Shown piece after piece: positions 12,122-24,844 of a stretch of 64,000 nt of DNA. Each line of letters starts with the position of its first letter. Positions within the stretch are counted from its first letter, which is position 1. Below the pieces are notes generated by a model. The model saw only the letters and a list, made by a program, of their open reading frames with translations. It was not told the origin of the DNA and did no database searches. A program made the position numbers and the translations under genes. Source of the stretch: Phyllosticta citribraziliensis (Eukaryota); the NCBI RefSeq assembly GCF_038025025.1, contig NW_027117347.1:744001-808000 (forward strand), read 5' to 3'.

Positions 12122-14490
12122 ATGGAGCCCATGGATTCGCAAAACCCCGGCGCCTCGTCCGCCACCACCCCCACCGCGACCTTCAATCCCCAAGAAGCCT
12201 CGCGCTCCGACGTCGACGAGATCCTCCGCAGAAAGAGAAAGGCAAGGGAGTACAAGGCCTGCTACCCGTGCAGGCAGCGCAAGGTCAAGTGTGACCAGGC
12301 CGTTCCGTGCAAGACGTGCATTGGTATGTCCTGTCCATACATCTGACGCATCGCCGCGCCACTGCCATGCTTGGAGCTCGGTCGCCGCTGGGCCTCTGAG
12401 CACTTTGCCCTTCTACGCGACCGCTGACTGTCCCAAAAGCCAGAGAACATCCTGAATTGTGCACCTATCATCCTCCGGCCGAGTCCCACCCACCTGCCAA
12501 GCGTCTGAACCATGGATCCAACAATGGCACCCTGGAAAGCCCGTCTGGTGGGCTCAGCATTCACTTCAATGTCAACGGCACGGTGACGCTAGGCCGTGAG
12601 GACTGGGAGAGGCTATGCTCCAAATTGAACTCGGTGGAGCGCTCGTTGATGGACTTGAAGACCACCATGAGGGTTGCTTCGGAAGGCACGGGAGCACAAA
12701 ATGGCCACACAGAGTCGGCCACGGGCACACCCTCGAGGGCATCCGCGTCGGAGCCAAGCAATCAACAGCAAACAAACACTCAAGGGATCCACACGACGAA
12801 CAGCATTACGGGTCAAACCGTCCATCTGGGCAGCAGCTCGGTGCCAGCGCTAGTCATGGCTCTGGGAAAGGGTGAGGGCGGAAGCGCTCCGGTTCAAGAG
12901 TTACTGGGCAAAAACGTCTTGCCGCTCTTTGGACTCGACAACGAAAGTGCCACGTACCCCTTTGTGGATCTTTGGGGCCTCCCCCACGGTTCGATGAACC
13001 GAATATATGAGTTGTGCAATGCATTACCAAACGATTCGGACTGTTGGAACTTGCTCAAATACCACAAGGAAACGGCGCACGTCGTATTCCCTGCGGTTGC
13101 GGACATTGAGAAGCTGGAATCGGAACTCCTGAGGTTTCTCATCTCGCGCGGCAGTTCGAGGACACAAGAGGACGGTAGCATAACCGGAGTCACCGAGCAG
13201 TCGATATTCGGAAAAGACTTGCACTGGGTCGGCCTCTTGTTTGCCGTGTTGGCGTCGGGATGTCAGTGTTCAGCGCTCCCCCGAAAAGAGCGGGAGTTGA
13301 CTTCGCAAGTCTACGTCTGCTGCAGCTTCGAGTGTCTGCGCATCACAAATTTCCTGTCCCACTCCCGGCTGGAAACGATCCAGACGCTGCTCATCCTGGG
13401 CAACGTCATTTCCAACAACATGAATGCCGGCGTCGCGTGGTCCCTCCTTGGGTTGACGATACGGCTGGCCCAGAGCCAAGGATTGCACCGCTCTTGCCCA
13501 TCCTCCATATCAGAGGAGATGAAGCTAATACGCAAGAAAATATGGTGGACCGTCTTGTGGCAGGACAGTCTGCTATCAATCACTTACGACCGGGCTTCTT
13601 CAATGAGCACAAACGAGACGGTTCCGCTCAACCCAGAATCGAGCCCTGGCAACAGGCCGTACATTGAATGCATGTACCGGCTTTGCAAGGTGGGCTTGGA
13701 CATTGTCAGCGAACGATCTTTCAATCACGACGTCAATGAGACAATGACGAGGATAACGCAGCGTCGCCAAGAGATTCAGGACATTATGCTCGATGCCGCG
13801 GATTACCTCCGAGATTCGAGAAAATGCCGCTCGATGCGCAATCAGCTCGAGCATTGGGCGCTCTACCTGCACATGTCCTACATGATGTCGGAGCTTTGCC
13901 GGCCCGCCATAAGCCCGGCGCTGGCCGAGCACGAATTGGCGCGTAGCACGCGCAAGGCCTGCATCGATAGCCTGACCAACACTGTAGAGGCCTTCCTGGG
14001 CTTGCAAAACATGACCGTCTTCGCCTCGCGGTCGTGGACTGCGGTGCACCGCTCCATTAGCTGCGCACTGCTGCTGGGCATCCTCAAGGAGCACGAGCGC
14101 AACGAACGGGCTCGAATGCTCCTCGAGAAGCTGATTTCGGTACTAACAGAGATCACGTCCAAGGTCGACCCCGCCGAGCTGTCTGCGCCCATTACCCGCT
14201 CCATGATGGCTCTCCGCAAGCTGCTCAACATGGCAGACTCGGCCAAGCAGAGCCTGCCGTCGCTGAGCAATGTCGGCCAGTCTGTCGTTCCAGCCTCATC
14301 GTCGGCTGCCACCCCGCCGCTTTCCAACTCGCTCGCCTACGGTCTGGACGACATGAATGGACTGATGGGCGTGGATGGATTTGGCTCGCTGGGACAGAGC
14401 CCGCTCATGTCGGATCTCGACTCGGAGCAGAGCCCCTATGCGCTCATGGACAGCATCATCTGGGGTGTCAAGAAGACTCCGCCGGGTTGA
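12122..14490 (+). CDS. Zn(II)2Cys6 fungal transcription factor with fungal-specific TF middle domain; 2 exons
   Basis: CYPCRQRKVKCDQAVPCKTCI-AREHPELC zinc cluster spliced across intron 12324-12439. Middle region GLTIRLAQSQGLHR...RKKIWWTVLWQDSLLS. Confidence 0.92.
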
Positions 14491-15630
14491 AGGACTGTGA
14501 AAGAAAGAGATCAAAACGAAACAAAGACTAGGGGAACATGTCCTAGGGAACACGTGCATGCGTCTCAAGGTCCAACATGCGGCACTACGGCATACTGCTT
14601 GCCCGCTTGGTTGGAGTATCACTTCCAGGCGTTGACACGCGGAGGTCGGAGCCTGCAGATCTTCGCACTCTTCATGGATATGGGGTCAAAGAACCACGAC
14701 TTGGAGACTGCAGAGGGCCATGTGGGAGATGCAAGGAAGGTCGGGCCTTGTCTCGAGGAAACGCACACGATGAAGGACCGAGCTTGAGACATCGCAACGA
14801 AAAAGACGTGGAGCCAAGCAGGAACTGCACAAACGTCAGGCAAGGAGGGGATGGGACTGTACATAAGGGTTCAGAACGGCGTGAGGGTGGCAAGTCGAGA
14901 TGAGGGACACGCAGGGCGGGTTCTGGAGTTGGTATACTGGTTTAGCGTTCGGAGTACCTATGTGCAACATGAAAATTAAAGACATGTCAAAACTATCATG
15001 GGCTATTCAGGAGACGGCAAAACATATAAAGACGTCCAACCAGGGCCATGTCGTCGTCGAGAACGGTTTCCGGCTGCACGGCGTCGTCGGGAGGGATGCG
15101 GACTTCCGACAGCTTCGGGTAAAGACATAACCGACGTTGGTCCCGGGGACCGGCTATTGCGAGGGCGACTTCGGCTTGGAGAGGATTGGGATTTTTGGCC
15201 GTGATTTGCGCGTTTTGGATGGTTGATTGGCAACAGGGCAATAGAGGCTTCGATGCCAGGGTTCAGATCAAATGATGATTATCGGTGTCGAGATGGTGCT
15301 GTGGTCTGGTCTGGTGGGTTGCGGGATTGTGGGGCAAGCCGAGCTGTGCTGTGGTCCTGGCGGCAGCTCTCGTCGTCGTTGCGGGGAGGGCACAGCTCTC
15401 ATCCGTCATTGCTTACCGAGAGAGGGACCACCTCAGTCAGTCCATGGCCGCCGCCCGCTATTACCACGACGTGCTGCCGCCGCTTCGCTCCGACGGCTGC
15501 TCGTCGTGATTCCTCTTCTTTCCCTCTCTTCTCAATTGATCCGTCGGCAGCGAATTGGCTCTGTCTCTTGGATACATGAGCTGTTGAAAGAGTTGGACAT
15601 ACCGTAATACCACACCTTGCACTCTCCACC

Positions 15631-17318
15631 ATGCCGTCCTCAGCGACCCTCTTTTCGCGCACCGCGAGGCACTTTGTCTCGCCCAATTCGTCAAAGGCAG
15701 GCCCATCCTCAAATGTCTCCGCAACGTAGCAGCTAACAGGTAGCAGTCGGTCATCCTTGCGCGTACTTTCGCGTCGTCGACTCGGCGCTTCGAGATCAAC
15801 AAGGTGCTCCCGTCGGCCGCCGAGGCAATCAAGGACATGAAGAGCAATTCGACGCTGCTCTGCGGCGGCTTCGGGCTCTGCGGCGTTCCGGACACGCTCA
15901 TTAACCAGGTCGAAAAGACGCCTTCCATCACGGGCCTGACGGCCGTGTCCAACAACGCCGGCGTGGTCGGTTCCGGGCTCGGCCTGCTGCTGGCCTCGAA
16001 GCAGGTCAAGAAGATGATTGCCAGCTACGTCGGCGAGAACAAGGTCTTCGAGTCCATGTACCTGTCGGGCGAGATTGAGCTCGAACTGACGCCGCAGGGC
16101 ACGCTGGCGGAGCGGTGCCGTGCAGGCGGCGCGGGCATCCCGGCCTTCTACACGCCTGCGGCGTTTGGCACCGTGGTCCAGACGGGCGAGCTGCCGCTCA
16201 AGCACAACGCCGACGGCACCGTCGCGGCGTACAGCAACCCGCGGGACGTCAAGATCTTCAACCAAAAGTCGTACGTCATGGAGGAGGCCATCCGGGGTGA
16301 CTACGCCTTCATCAAGGCGTACAAGGCGGATCGCCTGGGCAACGTGCAGTTCCGCTTCGCGGCGCAAAACTTCAACGGCGCCATGGCGCGCAACGCGGCC
16401 ACGACCATTGTCGAGGCCGAGCATATTGTCGAGCCCGGCGAGATTGAGCCCGCCGCCGTTCACGTCCCGGGCATCTACGTCAAGCGCGTCATCCAGTCGA
16501 CGTCGCCAAAGGGCATTGAAAAGGTCGTCAACGCCAAACCGGCGGGCGCCGCCGCCGCCGCCAGCGCGCTGGGCTCGGGCGACACGGCGTCGAAGCGCGA
16601 GCGCATCGTGCGGCGCGCGGCCAAGGAGTTCAAGAACGGCATGTACGCCAACCTGGGCATCGGCATGCCCATGCTGGCGCCGTCCTTCGTCGACGCCTCC
16701 GTCGAGGTCCAGCTGCAGTCGGAGAACGGCATCCTCGGCCTCGGACCCTACCCGCAGGCGGGCGCCGAAGACCCGGACCTGATCAACGCGGGCAAGGAGA
16801 CGGTGACGCTGAACCCGGGAGCCTCCGTGTTCGGGTCGGACGAGAGCTTTGGCATGATCCGCAGCGGGCGCATCGACCTGACCATCCTCGGCGCCATGCA
16901 GGTGTCGGCGACTGGCGACCTGGCCAACTGGATGCTGCCGGGCAAGATCAAGGGCTTCGGCGGCGCCATGGACCTCGTCAGCAACCCGGCCCAGACAAAG
17001 GTCGTCGTCACCATGGAGCATACGGATAAGAAGGGTCGGCCCAAGATCCTGAAGCAGTGCGAGTTCCCTCTCACTGGCCGCAAGTGCGTGAGCAGGATTA
17101 TCACGGAGCTGGTGCGTTGATTCATTTTTCCCCTCTAACCTCACCCCTTCAAAAATGACCCTATGCTAATTATCCTCGCCATACAGTGCGTCTTCGACGT
17201 CGACTTCCTCTCCGGCCTCACCCTGATCGAGCTCGCCGACGGCGTCACCGTCGACGAGGTCCGCGCCAAGACCGAAGCCCCCTTTAAGGTCGCCGACAAC
17301 ATTCAGCCCATGCTGTAA
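15631..17318 (+). CDS. Succinyl-CoA:3-oxoacid CoA-transferase (SCOT/OXCT type, fused A+B domains), mitochondrial; 3 exons
   Basis: [25 protein letters not shown], catalytic QSENG and GFGGAMDLV motifs. Presequence exon 15631-15696; last intron 17112-17186. Confidence 0.92.
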
Positions 17319-18834
17319 AGCAAGCTGCCCTGCCTTTGTGAAGCTACGGTGTCGAGTTTGGAGTTGTCGTGTGAGAGTGCCCGACGGATGTATGGTTGCC
17401 GAGTCTGGAATATGGCTGGGACCACGTCGCGTCGAGGCTAGTCGAGTCGAGTCGTGACAGGGTGGGTTGAGGAGTAAAGACAAGCGATGCGATGGATGTG
17501 AGGAGCAAAGAGGAGGAAACGAGCCAGCCATCAGCGTCGCGGCGGTGCAGTGCGGTGCGGTGCGGTGCGAGGCTTCTCCACCGCCCGCCGCTTGATCTTT
17601 TACACCACGGATGGATGGGTGGATGGATGTGGTCGACTTTGAACTGGGAAGGGACGGAGATGCAGGCTTGATTGGGCGAATAGGAGACGAGATGGAGCGC
17701 CAGCAAGAGCAGACGCGAGGAGTGAGATCGATGCGAGCGAAAGGATAGAGATGAAGAGTTGGGACCGGTGTGCGTGGCACCTCTCCACCGCCTTGTTTTG
17801 CTATGCGATTTTCATCTATATACCAAGATCAATTTACATGCGCAAAAGACGAAGAGAAGAGCGCAGACGCTGACATACTACCGGACTGATAATGTGACGT
17901 TGATGCGTCTATTGATAAATGCTATGATAGTCGTCGTAGTAGTAGTATCTATTGTAGACCACCACCCACCAGGTGACGGACCAATTGACCGGCTGATTGA
18001 GAGGCCAGTCCGGCTCTCCCAACCCAACACCGCTCTCTGTCTGTCTGTCCGTCCGCCTCACCCTTGCCCTCTCCCGTGCGCTTATTTGCACGCACACATG
18101 CCACCACCGATCTGACACTGCTGCCACAGTACCTTCCCTAGCCTCACATAGCCGTTCCATCTCATCCATCCACAAATGCATGGACGTATATATACATGCA
18201 CAACTCAACCATCGCCACCGCACTACCTTCTCCTCTCCGACTCGCATGGTGCTGCCGGCTGCTGCCATCGCATGCCTCATTTCGTTGCTCGTGCGTTACT
18301 GCTGCCCGAATCCAAGGGACGAAGAGAGAAAAGAAAAGGAACAAACGAGGAGCAAGCCGAGCAGCCACCCAAACGCCCGTGCCCGTGCCGAGAAAGAGAA
18401 CGAGAGAGAACGGGAAAGATCCAAAAGGCCACCCACCGCACACAGGCAGGGTGTATGTACCGAGCGGTGCGTGGAGCGGCGCACGCACTCTCTCCCTCGC
18501 TTTCGAAGAGAGCGGCGGGAGCAGCTGGCTGACCTGACTCCTCGGGCTCCGCAGACGAGGCGGCCGGGTTGGTGAAGCGACAAAAGGCGAGTGCGGTGTA
18601 GATCGATGCCCACTCCAAAGAAGTCGGAGTCGCAAAAGGCAGGCGTCATCCAAAAAGCAGAGAGCAACAGCGTGTCCGTTACCTCATTCGAGTGCAGCCA
18701 AGCAAGCAGGGCTCAAAAGCAGGAAGGAAGGAACCCAGGCGGCTAGAGAAACTCAACAAGAGGTGATTATTTTCGCAAAGCCCGATTGCAATCCAAAGGC
18801 TCGAGTCATCCAACGCTGTTCCAAACCAAAACCG

Positions 18835-18859
18835 GAAAAAAAAAAAAAAAAAAAAAAAA
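18835..18859 (+). repeat. Poly(A) tract of about 24 nt
   Basis: Uninterrupted A run between converging 3' ends. Confidence 0.9.
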
Positions 18860-19052
18860 CGTAACAACAAGGGGGAATCAAAGGATACAGTAGTCATGAA
18901 AAAGGGACAAGAAATAGAGGGAGGGCCAAGAGAAACCCAAAAGGACACCCCGCTCAAACCAAAATAGAGTCAAGAATAGAAGAAGGACAAAAGAATCCAG
19001 CAGGACTAGCCCAAGAGGAGGAGGAAGTGAAAAGGGGCGAACAGAAGTAAGT

Positions 19053-20757
19053 CTACAGTATCAACATGGCCACGCCCAAAGCGACGACCAGCCCCGCCAA
19101 GCCGCCCTTGCCGGGAGGCGCCACGGCGGCCGCTGCGCCATGGAGACCCAGCAACTCGTCTTGCGTGCCAAACGTGACATTTTGCGGTATTGTGCTGTTG
19201 TAGCAGTTGCCGCCGGCAATGTCGAGATTGGTCAGATCGTCCGGGACCTTGAAGAACATGTAGGTTGTCTGGTTCAAGTCCTGGAAGCCGGACGTATCGT
19301 ACGGGAACTTGTCGTCATCCGTGGCAGACGTGTTGCGCAGGAAAATGCACTGCACTTGGCCGGGGTACTGCTTGGCCATCTGCGGGTAGTCTTTCATGAT
19401 GTCTGAGTTTGAGGTGTCGGCGACGAGGATGAATTTACGTTGCGGGAACGTCTGGAAAATCTTGTCCAGTAGGAACTTGCGAATTGACAGAGTGGCGCTC
19501 ACGTCGCTGAAATTGAGGGGTCGAGTGTCGAAAGAGCCGCCAGGGTAGGTCTTGTAAATAAAGTCCATGTAGTTGCGGGTGACCTGGGCAATATCAGCAC
19601 GTGTTAAGCCTGGCAAGGGGCGGCTTTTGAAGATCAGGAAAATCTCACCTGTTCCGGGGTCGTAGTCAAGTAGTGGAAGTGCGTGTCAGGAAGGGAGCGC
19701 GACCAATTGGCGTAAATGTCCGGCATGTTCAGCCAAGGCGTAAAGGGGCGGGCAAAGGAATTGAGCAGTCCTTCTTTGGGCTGGTAGATTTTGGTGACTC
19801 GGAGAATATCATCCACGTCAGAGATGACTGTCAGACCAGTGGGAGGAACCAGGTAGGCCGTGGCGTTGCCAATCTCACTGCCATTGGCGTAAACGTTGAG
19901 GCGCTGGATTTCCTGCGTCTCGTTACCGGCGAGGAGGCCGCCAGTGGTGTTGGCGATGGGCAGGAAAACATCAAAGTCGCCCTCCCCAGTTGTGTTGTAA
20001 GGTAATGTCAAGTTCTGATCTCCGCCAGCTGGAGTCACGGCACCACCGCCTCCCGACTGCCCGCTGGAACCTGCGCTAGGTGCGGGCTCTAGGTGCATCT
20101 GAACCGTCTCATTGCCCTGTTGGACGACAAATATCGAGGCGGTCAAGTTTCGCGCCTGGTCCTGCTCTGACGCAGACAGTTGATCGATATCGGTCCCAAT
20201 GAGGAAGACATTGGCCAGGTCGTTGAGCTTCTCGGTGGTGGTGTTTGGCTGCTTGTAGACGTTGCCGTGGAACCGAACGTTCCAACCCTGGTCGGTCCAA
20301 TTGCCATAAGGGGGAATGTTTAGCACTGAAGTCGGAAGAGCAGCGAGTTGGTCGTCGCTGAGGCCGAGGGAGGTCTGGACGGCCGATCCAGAAGGAAAAT
20401 CTTGAAAAAAGTTGGCGACGCCTGCAAAGGTGTTGGTCAGCATCCAAAAGCATGGTCAATGGGAAAAAGCGGTCGCGTACCGTCGGCGACGTAGCTGGGA
20501 ATGTTGGAGCCCAGCTCGGTCAAATACGACTTTACATCGTTCTTTGCATCGTCGATGATGTTGCGGCGGTGCAGCGTCTTGGTAGGATCGTTCAAGGCGG
20601 GCGAAGGAGTAATTGCCGGGTCGGGAGCAGCAAGGGGAGCTTGATCGTGCACGCGAGAGCCGTGGTGTAGGGCAGGATGGTTGGTGGGCTCTGGAACGGC
20701 TGCAGCGAGTGCGTACGCGTCCAGGAGGGCGACGAGCAGGGTTGCCTTTTGGAGCAT
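19053..20757 (-). CDS. App1-like (DUF2183/HAD-type phosphatidate phosphatase domain) protein with signal peptide and hydrophobic C-tail; 3 exons
   Basis: VISDVDDILRVT (DxDD-type motif), FHYLTTTP, TFPQRKFILVADTSNSD and QCIFLRN. Introns 20480-20422 and 19648-19584. Confidence 0.78.
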
Positions 20758-21095
20758 GGTGTCGTCGATTGATCGGCCAGAAGTGGGGAAGCAGTCGCCA
20801 GTCGACGACGAGACGATGGGAGAGGGATCAGGGAGCGCAGAGGAGGTGAGGAGGAGCAGAGGGTCGAGGAGGGTGATAAGCAGCGCGGTCAATTGGGGGG
20901 ACAACGAAGTGGATTTTCAAGGACAAGGCAAGGCTGGGCTGGGCTGGGCTGGGGTAGGGTAGGCTGAGACGACTGGTTGGACGCAGGACCTGAGCCGGGA
21001 AGGATGTGCCGCCCACTTCGGTCGGGTCGTGGCTTGACCTGCCAGCACCGCCGCGGTGACATCACCTACTGTAGCGGCCGTGCCGTTGTCCGTCG

Positions 21096-21137
21096 CCAGT
21101 CCACTCCAGTCCACTCCAGTCCACTCCACTCCACTCC
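21096..21137 (+). repeat. Pentamer microsatellite (CCAGT/CCACT)n
   Basis: About 8 tandem CCA[GC]T units. Confidence 0.85.
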
Positions 21138-21608
21138 CATCAACCGCACCGGAGCCTCGATGATGTGTCTGCTAGCCTCGTGCTGCCCAACTCGGTCTAC
21201 CGGTACAATCACCTCCCGCAATCGCCGCCATCGTGTTCCTGCATTCTGAGACCATGGCTCCCGCAAGAAAACTCTCTCTATACAACCCCCCGAACTTGGC
21301 GCTCCAGACCCCACTTTGGTCCACCACTTGCGCTCTTTCTCCCTCTCTGCGACGGCCTTGTTCTGATACGAGGCCAGGCATTCACCCGCCGCGCCTGTGA
21401 GGTCAACGCTTCTATTTTCATCCACGCTCAAATGCACGCTTCCCACTCTGACGTCGGCGTTTCTGCTACCATGTACCGTGTGGGGCTGAATCCATCTACC
21501 GCTGGCCCCCATGCTGACCACCATCGTCAACGCCAATTGACCCTGCCCTGCCATGTGCCCGCCAATCCCAACGCCCGCCATCCAAAAACGCCCATATGCA
21601 CAATCCAT

Positions 21609-24600
21609 TTACACCTTGAAATCCGGCACGCTCTTGGCCTTCTTGAGCACCCGGTGCCGCGCAAGCAGCTGCGAGATCATAAAGTGGCTGACGTCTTCGT
21701 CGGCGTAGTACGACAGATGACTGGCAATGCTGGCCAATAGCGAAATATCAAACGCCCCCCTGCTGCCTGTTAGCCCGCCCGCGCTCTAGACCGTCCCCCA
21801 CTGAAATGCACTTACTCTTGGATGCTGTAGTCGACGCGTCCGTTGCTGTTTAGAGCCCGCACCTTGGCCTCCTCTCGCCGAAGCTTGCGGCTTCTATCCT
21901 CGAGCTCTTGCCACTCTGCATTTTCGCCAAGCTCTCGCTTGTCAGCCTCGCTCCCCTGGCTCGCTCGCCTCTTCTGGAATCCAGAGTAGAGCGTCTCGAT
22001 TTCCGAGTCGATCAGCGTCGGTGGATGCTGGCCCTCGTCGCTCGAATCCGTCCGAGTTGCGTCATTTTGCTGTGCAAGTTTGCGCCTTCTCTCGTTGTTG
22101 GCGCTCTCTGCATCCGCCGTCGTTGGAGACGCAGCAGAGGAGATGACACCGCCCGAGATGTTGGTCCCAGCACCAGCAGAGAGAGGAACGCGCGACTGTG
22201 CTCCGCTGTTGCCCTGCTTTGAACCATCGTCGGCCGTGATACCCAGGCTGCGGTTGAGCAAACTACTGGCGATTCCAGAACTCAGGCTGGTCCAGAGACC
22301 CGACACGCTCTGTCCGACGCGGGCACCGATGCCCTGGAGACCTTGACCCACGGGCGCGCCAAAGATTCCTCTCTTGGTATACGGCAGCGGCTGCGGCTTG
22401 AGAATCGACATGGCTGGAGATATTAGCGGCTCGAGCCGGTAGCTAATCGGATCCGTAGGATGGAAAATATTGAATAGGCTCTGGCATTTGGGAGACGATG
22501 TGGTAATCTCAAAGTGATTTTGCTGCGACATGGTGGCTCCGCTCATGGAGGATTCACCCATGAACGGATCGTCAGTGCTTCCCAAGGGACTCTCCCCTTG
22601 GAACCCGCGGCGCATTCCGCGCGCGGCGATCCTTTTTCCACGCAGCATCTGGAAAAGCCCAATGGGAGACCCAAGCGCATAAAAGTCCTCGACTTCAAAG
22701 TCCAACTTCAGCCCTTGCTCTTCATTGCGCCGCGAGTGGTGCCGGTGTCGCTCTCCATGTGCCCGTTCCTCTTTCTGGCGGCAAAGAATGTCGAACATGA
22801 TGGCGGATCCCAGCGAGTGTCCAACCAGACTGACCCGTCCTTTAAAGTTGGGATTCCGTTCCTTGAAGAGCTTGTACGTCCTGTTGCATTCCTGCACAAC
22901 GATGCGGGAGATGTGGCCCTTGTACGCCGGACTCTGGTACAAGAGGATGTCCAACGCCAGGTCGCTGATCAAGTTTCGCACCGCCGGCACTCCCTCTACA
23001 GTGATGTTTTCGAGGCTGGGGTACTCATCGTCTTCGGCCGAGTTGGCATCACCAAGATCAAACTCTTTGCGATTGTGCTTCAGGCTCTGCCGGGGGAAAT
23101 CCAGTAGGTGACGCCACACGATTGGCAGGGCCTGGACGCGACAGTTCTTGGTCGGCTTGTCGACTTCCCCATTCAGCGCTTGAAGGTCGGCCGAGCTAGA
23201 GTAGACTGACTTCATCGTCTTGCGCATCGTGTTGACATCGTGCACAAAGTTGACAGATTCAACCCTCATGCCTAGGCGTTGGCCAATCCCGTGGGTTACT
23301 AGAAGTAAGTGCTCAATCTCTCTGTCCTGCTCGTCGCCCTCTTGCTCTTTGTAGTCTTCGCGGATTTCTCTTTCTGCTCGCCTGCGTACTTCCTCTTCCT
23401 CCTTGGACGGGTCCTCGTTTTGCGCCGATGATATGAGATTCGAGACATGGCGTTCTAACGATTCTTGGCGGCTTTCGACAGGCACTTCGACTTCCGCATC
23501 GCTTTGGTCGCCTGATGACGGCTCGCTTTCCTGCTCGTTTTGTCTCACAGCGTCGCTTGTCTTCGTTTCCGTCTCGATTTCCTTGCCGTCTTTGGTCTTC
23601 TTCTTGGCCTTTTCTTTTTCCGCTTTCAAGTCTACGAATCCACGGATCAACTTGACTCCAGCAAAGTGACCGCCGCCTGCAAATCGTTGATACATGGTGC
23701 TGCTCATCCGTGAAAGAAAATCGTCCGTCAAGAGCCAAGCGGTGGTAGAGTCTTGGTAGGTAACGACCGAGTTCATGTGGGCTCCAAAAAGTCGATGCGT
23801 CTTGGTTTGCTCTTGCAGCGGTAGGTTGTCTTCCCAGTCTTGATCCTTCCCAGTGTCCTCCATTTCTTTATCGAGACCTACCGAGGCTTTTGGAGAGTGC
23901 ATAGAAGCGGATCTCGAGACTCCCGAAGCTTTTGACTTGTTCGGATCTTCGCCGGGTTGCATGGAAGTAGGGCGGGATTTGGGTTGAGAGACAGAACGAG
24001 ACCGTTCTACGAAACGCCATGGCTTGACTTTGATATATCCTTCCTCAAGCTGCGTGGCAAGATTCTCATCGCAGGGTCGAAGCACGGTAGCGCCGTCTAA
24101 GCTCTACCATTAGGGAGGCTCGCCAAATTTGGGGAATGCGTACCTTGGTAGAACCACGTCCCTCTTCGGACCTCGTAGATGGGTCCGAGCCAGTAAGCAG
24201 GAGAAAGCTCCCTGTCTTCGACATCGACATCAAACAAAAAGTCCTCATTCACAGGAACCTTTGCTTTGAGTATGCCGTTGGGTTCGGATCTTTCCCATCG
24301 GACATGCCTTTCCTTGATTTGCCATTGCCTCGGTTCCTCCCGTGTAGATTCTTCGGCATCGCTAACTTGGGGCTGCTGTTTGTGTCGCACGGCGGCGTCT
24401 GCCTCGTCACACAGCTTCTGGAAAGTGGCTTCGATCGCGCGCGAATCTCCTGGAGAAAAAGGATTCCATTTCTTGGGCGGCTGTAATTTTTCAGGCTTCG
24501 AGGACGCTTCGAAAGGGAGCGCTTTGCGTTTCGGGACCTGGATGTAGCATGGCGTCTTAGTGTCCTGATACTGTTTCGATAGGCTAATCGCTTACATCGA

Positions 24601-24844
24601 CGGCATGGAACCACTGGACCGTAGGCAACGGGCAGTCCTTGGGATACTTGGAAAGACTCAATCTATGCCTGTTGCTGACCGTGTGGTCTGCACCGCGCTG
24701 TTGTACCAGACTGATCTCTGGAGGCGTGTCGCCGCCCTCGGGAGCTGGGTGCGTCTTGGGAGTCTGGTTGCGGGAACCCCATGGCGAAATGGCGTTTATT
24801 CCAGCGGAAAGATACGACGACGACTTCGCGTCCGGCGCAGTCAT
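21609..24844 (-). CDS. DDHD-domain intracellular phospholipase A1 (Ddl1/YOR022C-like); 4 exons
   Basis: VTHGIGQ, lipase GHSLGS, NIFHPTDPISYRLEP, GRVDYSIQE and SHLSYYADEDV motifs. YWLGPIYEVRRGTWF lies in exon 2. Confidence 0.9.

Noticed and set aside
15399..17144. 581-aa antisense ORF over the SCOT gene
   Set aside because: It is a shadow of strong GC3 codon bias on the real strand and has no recognisable motifs.
17316..17327. TAA followed in frame by Ser-Lys-Leu codons after the SCOT stop (cryptic PTS1 by readthrough?)
   Set aside because: SKL is not followed by a stop, so it would not be C-terminal, and TAA-A is not a leaky context.
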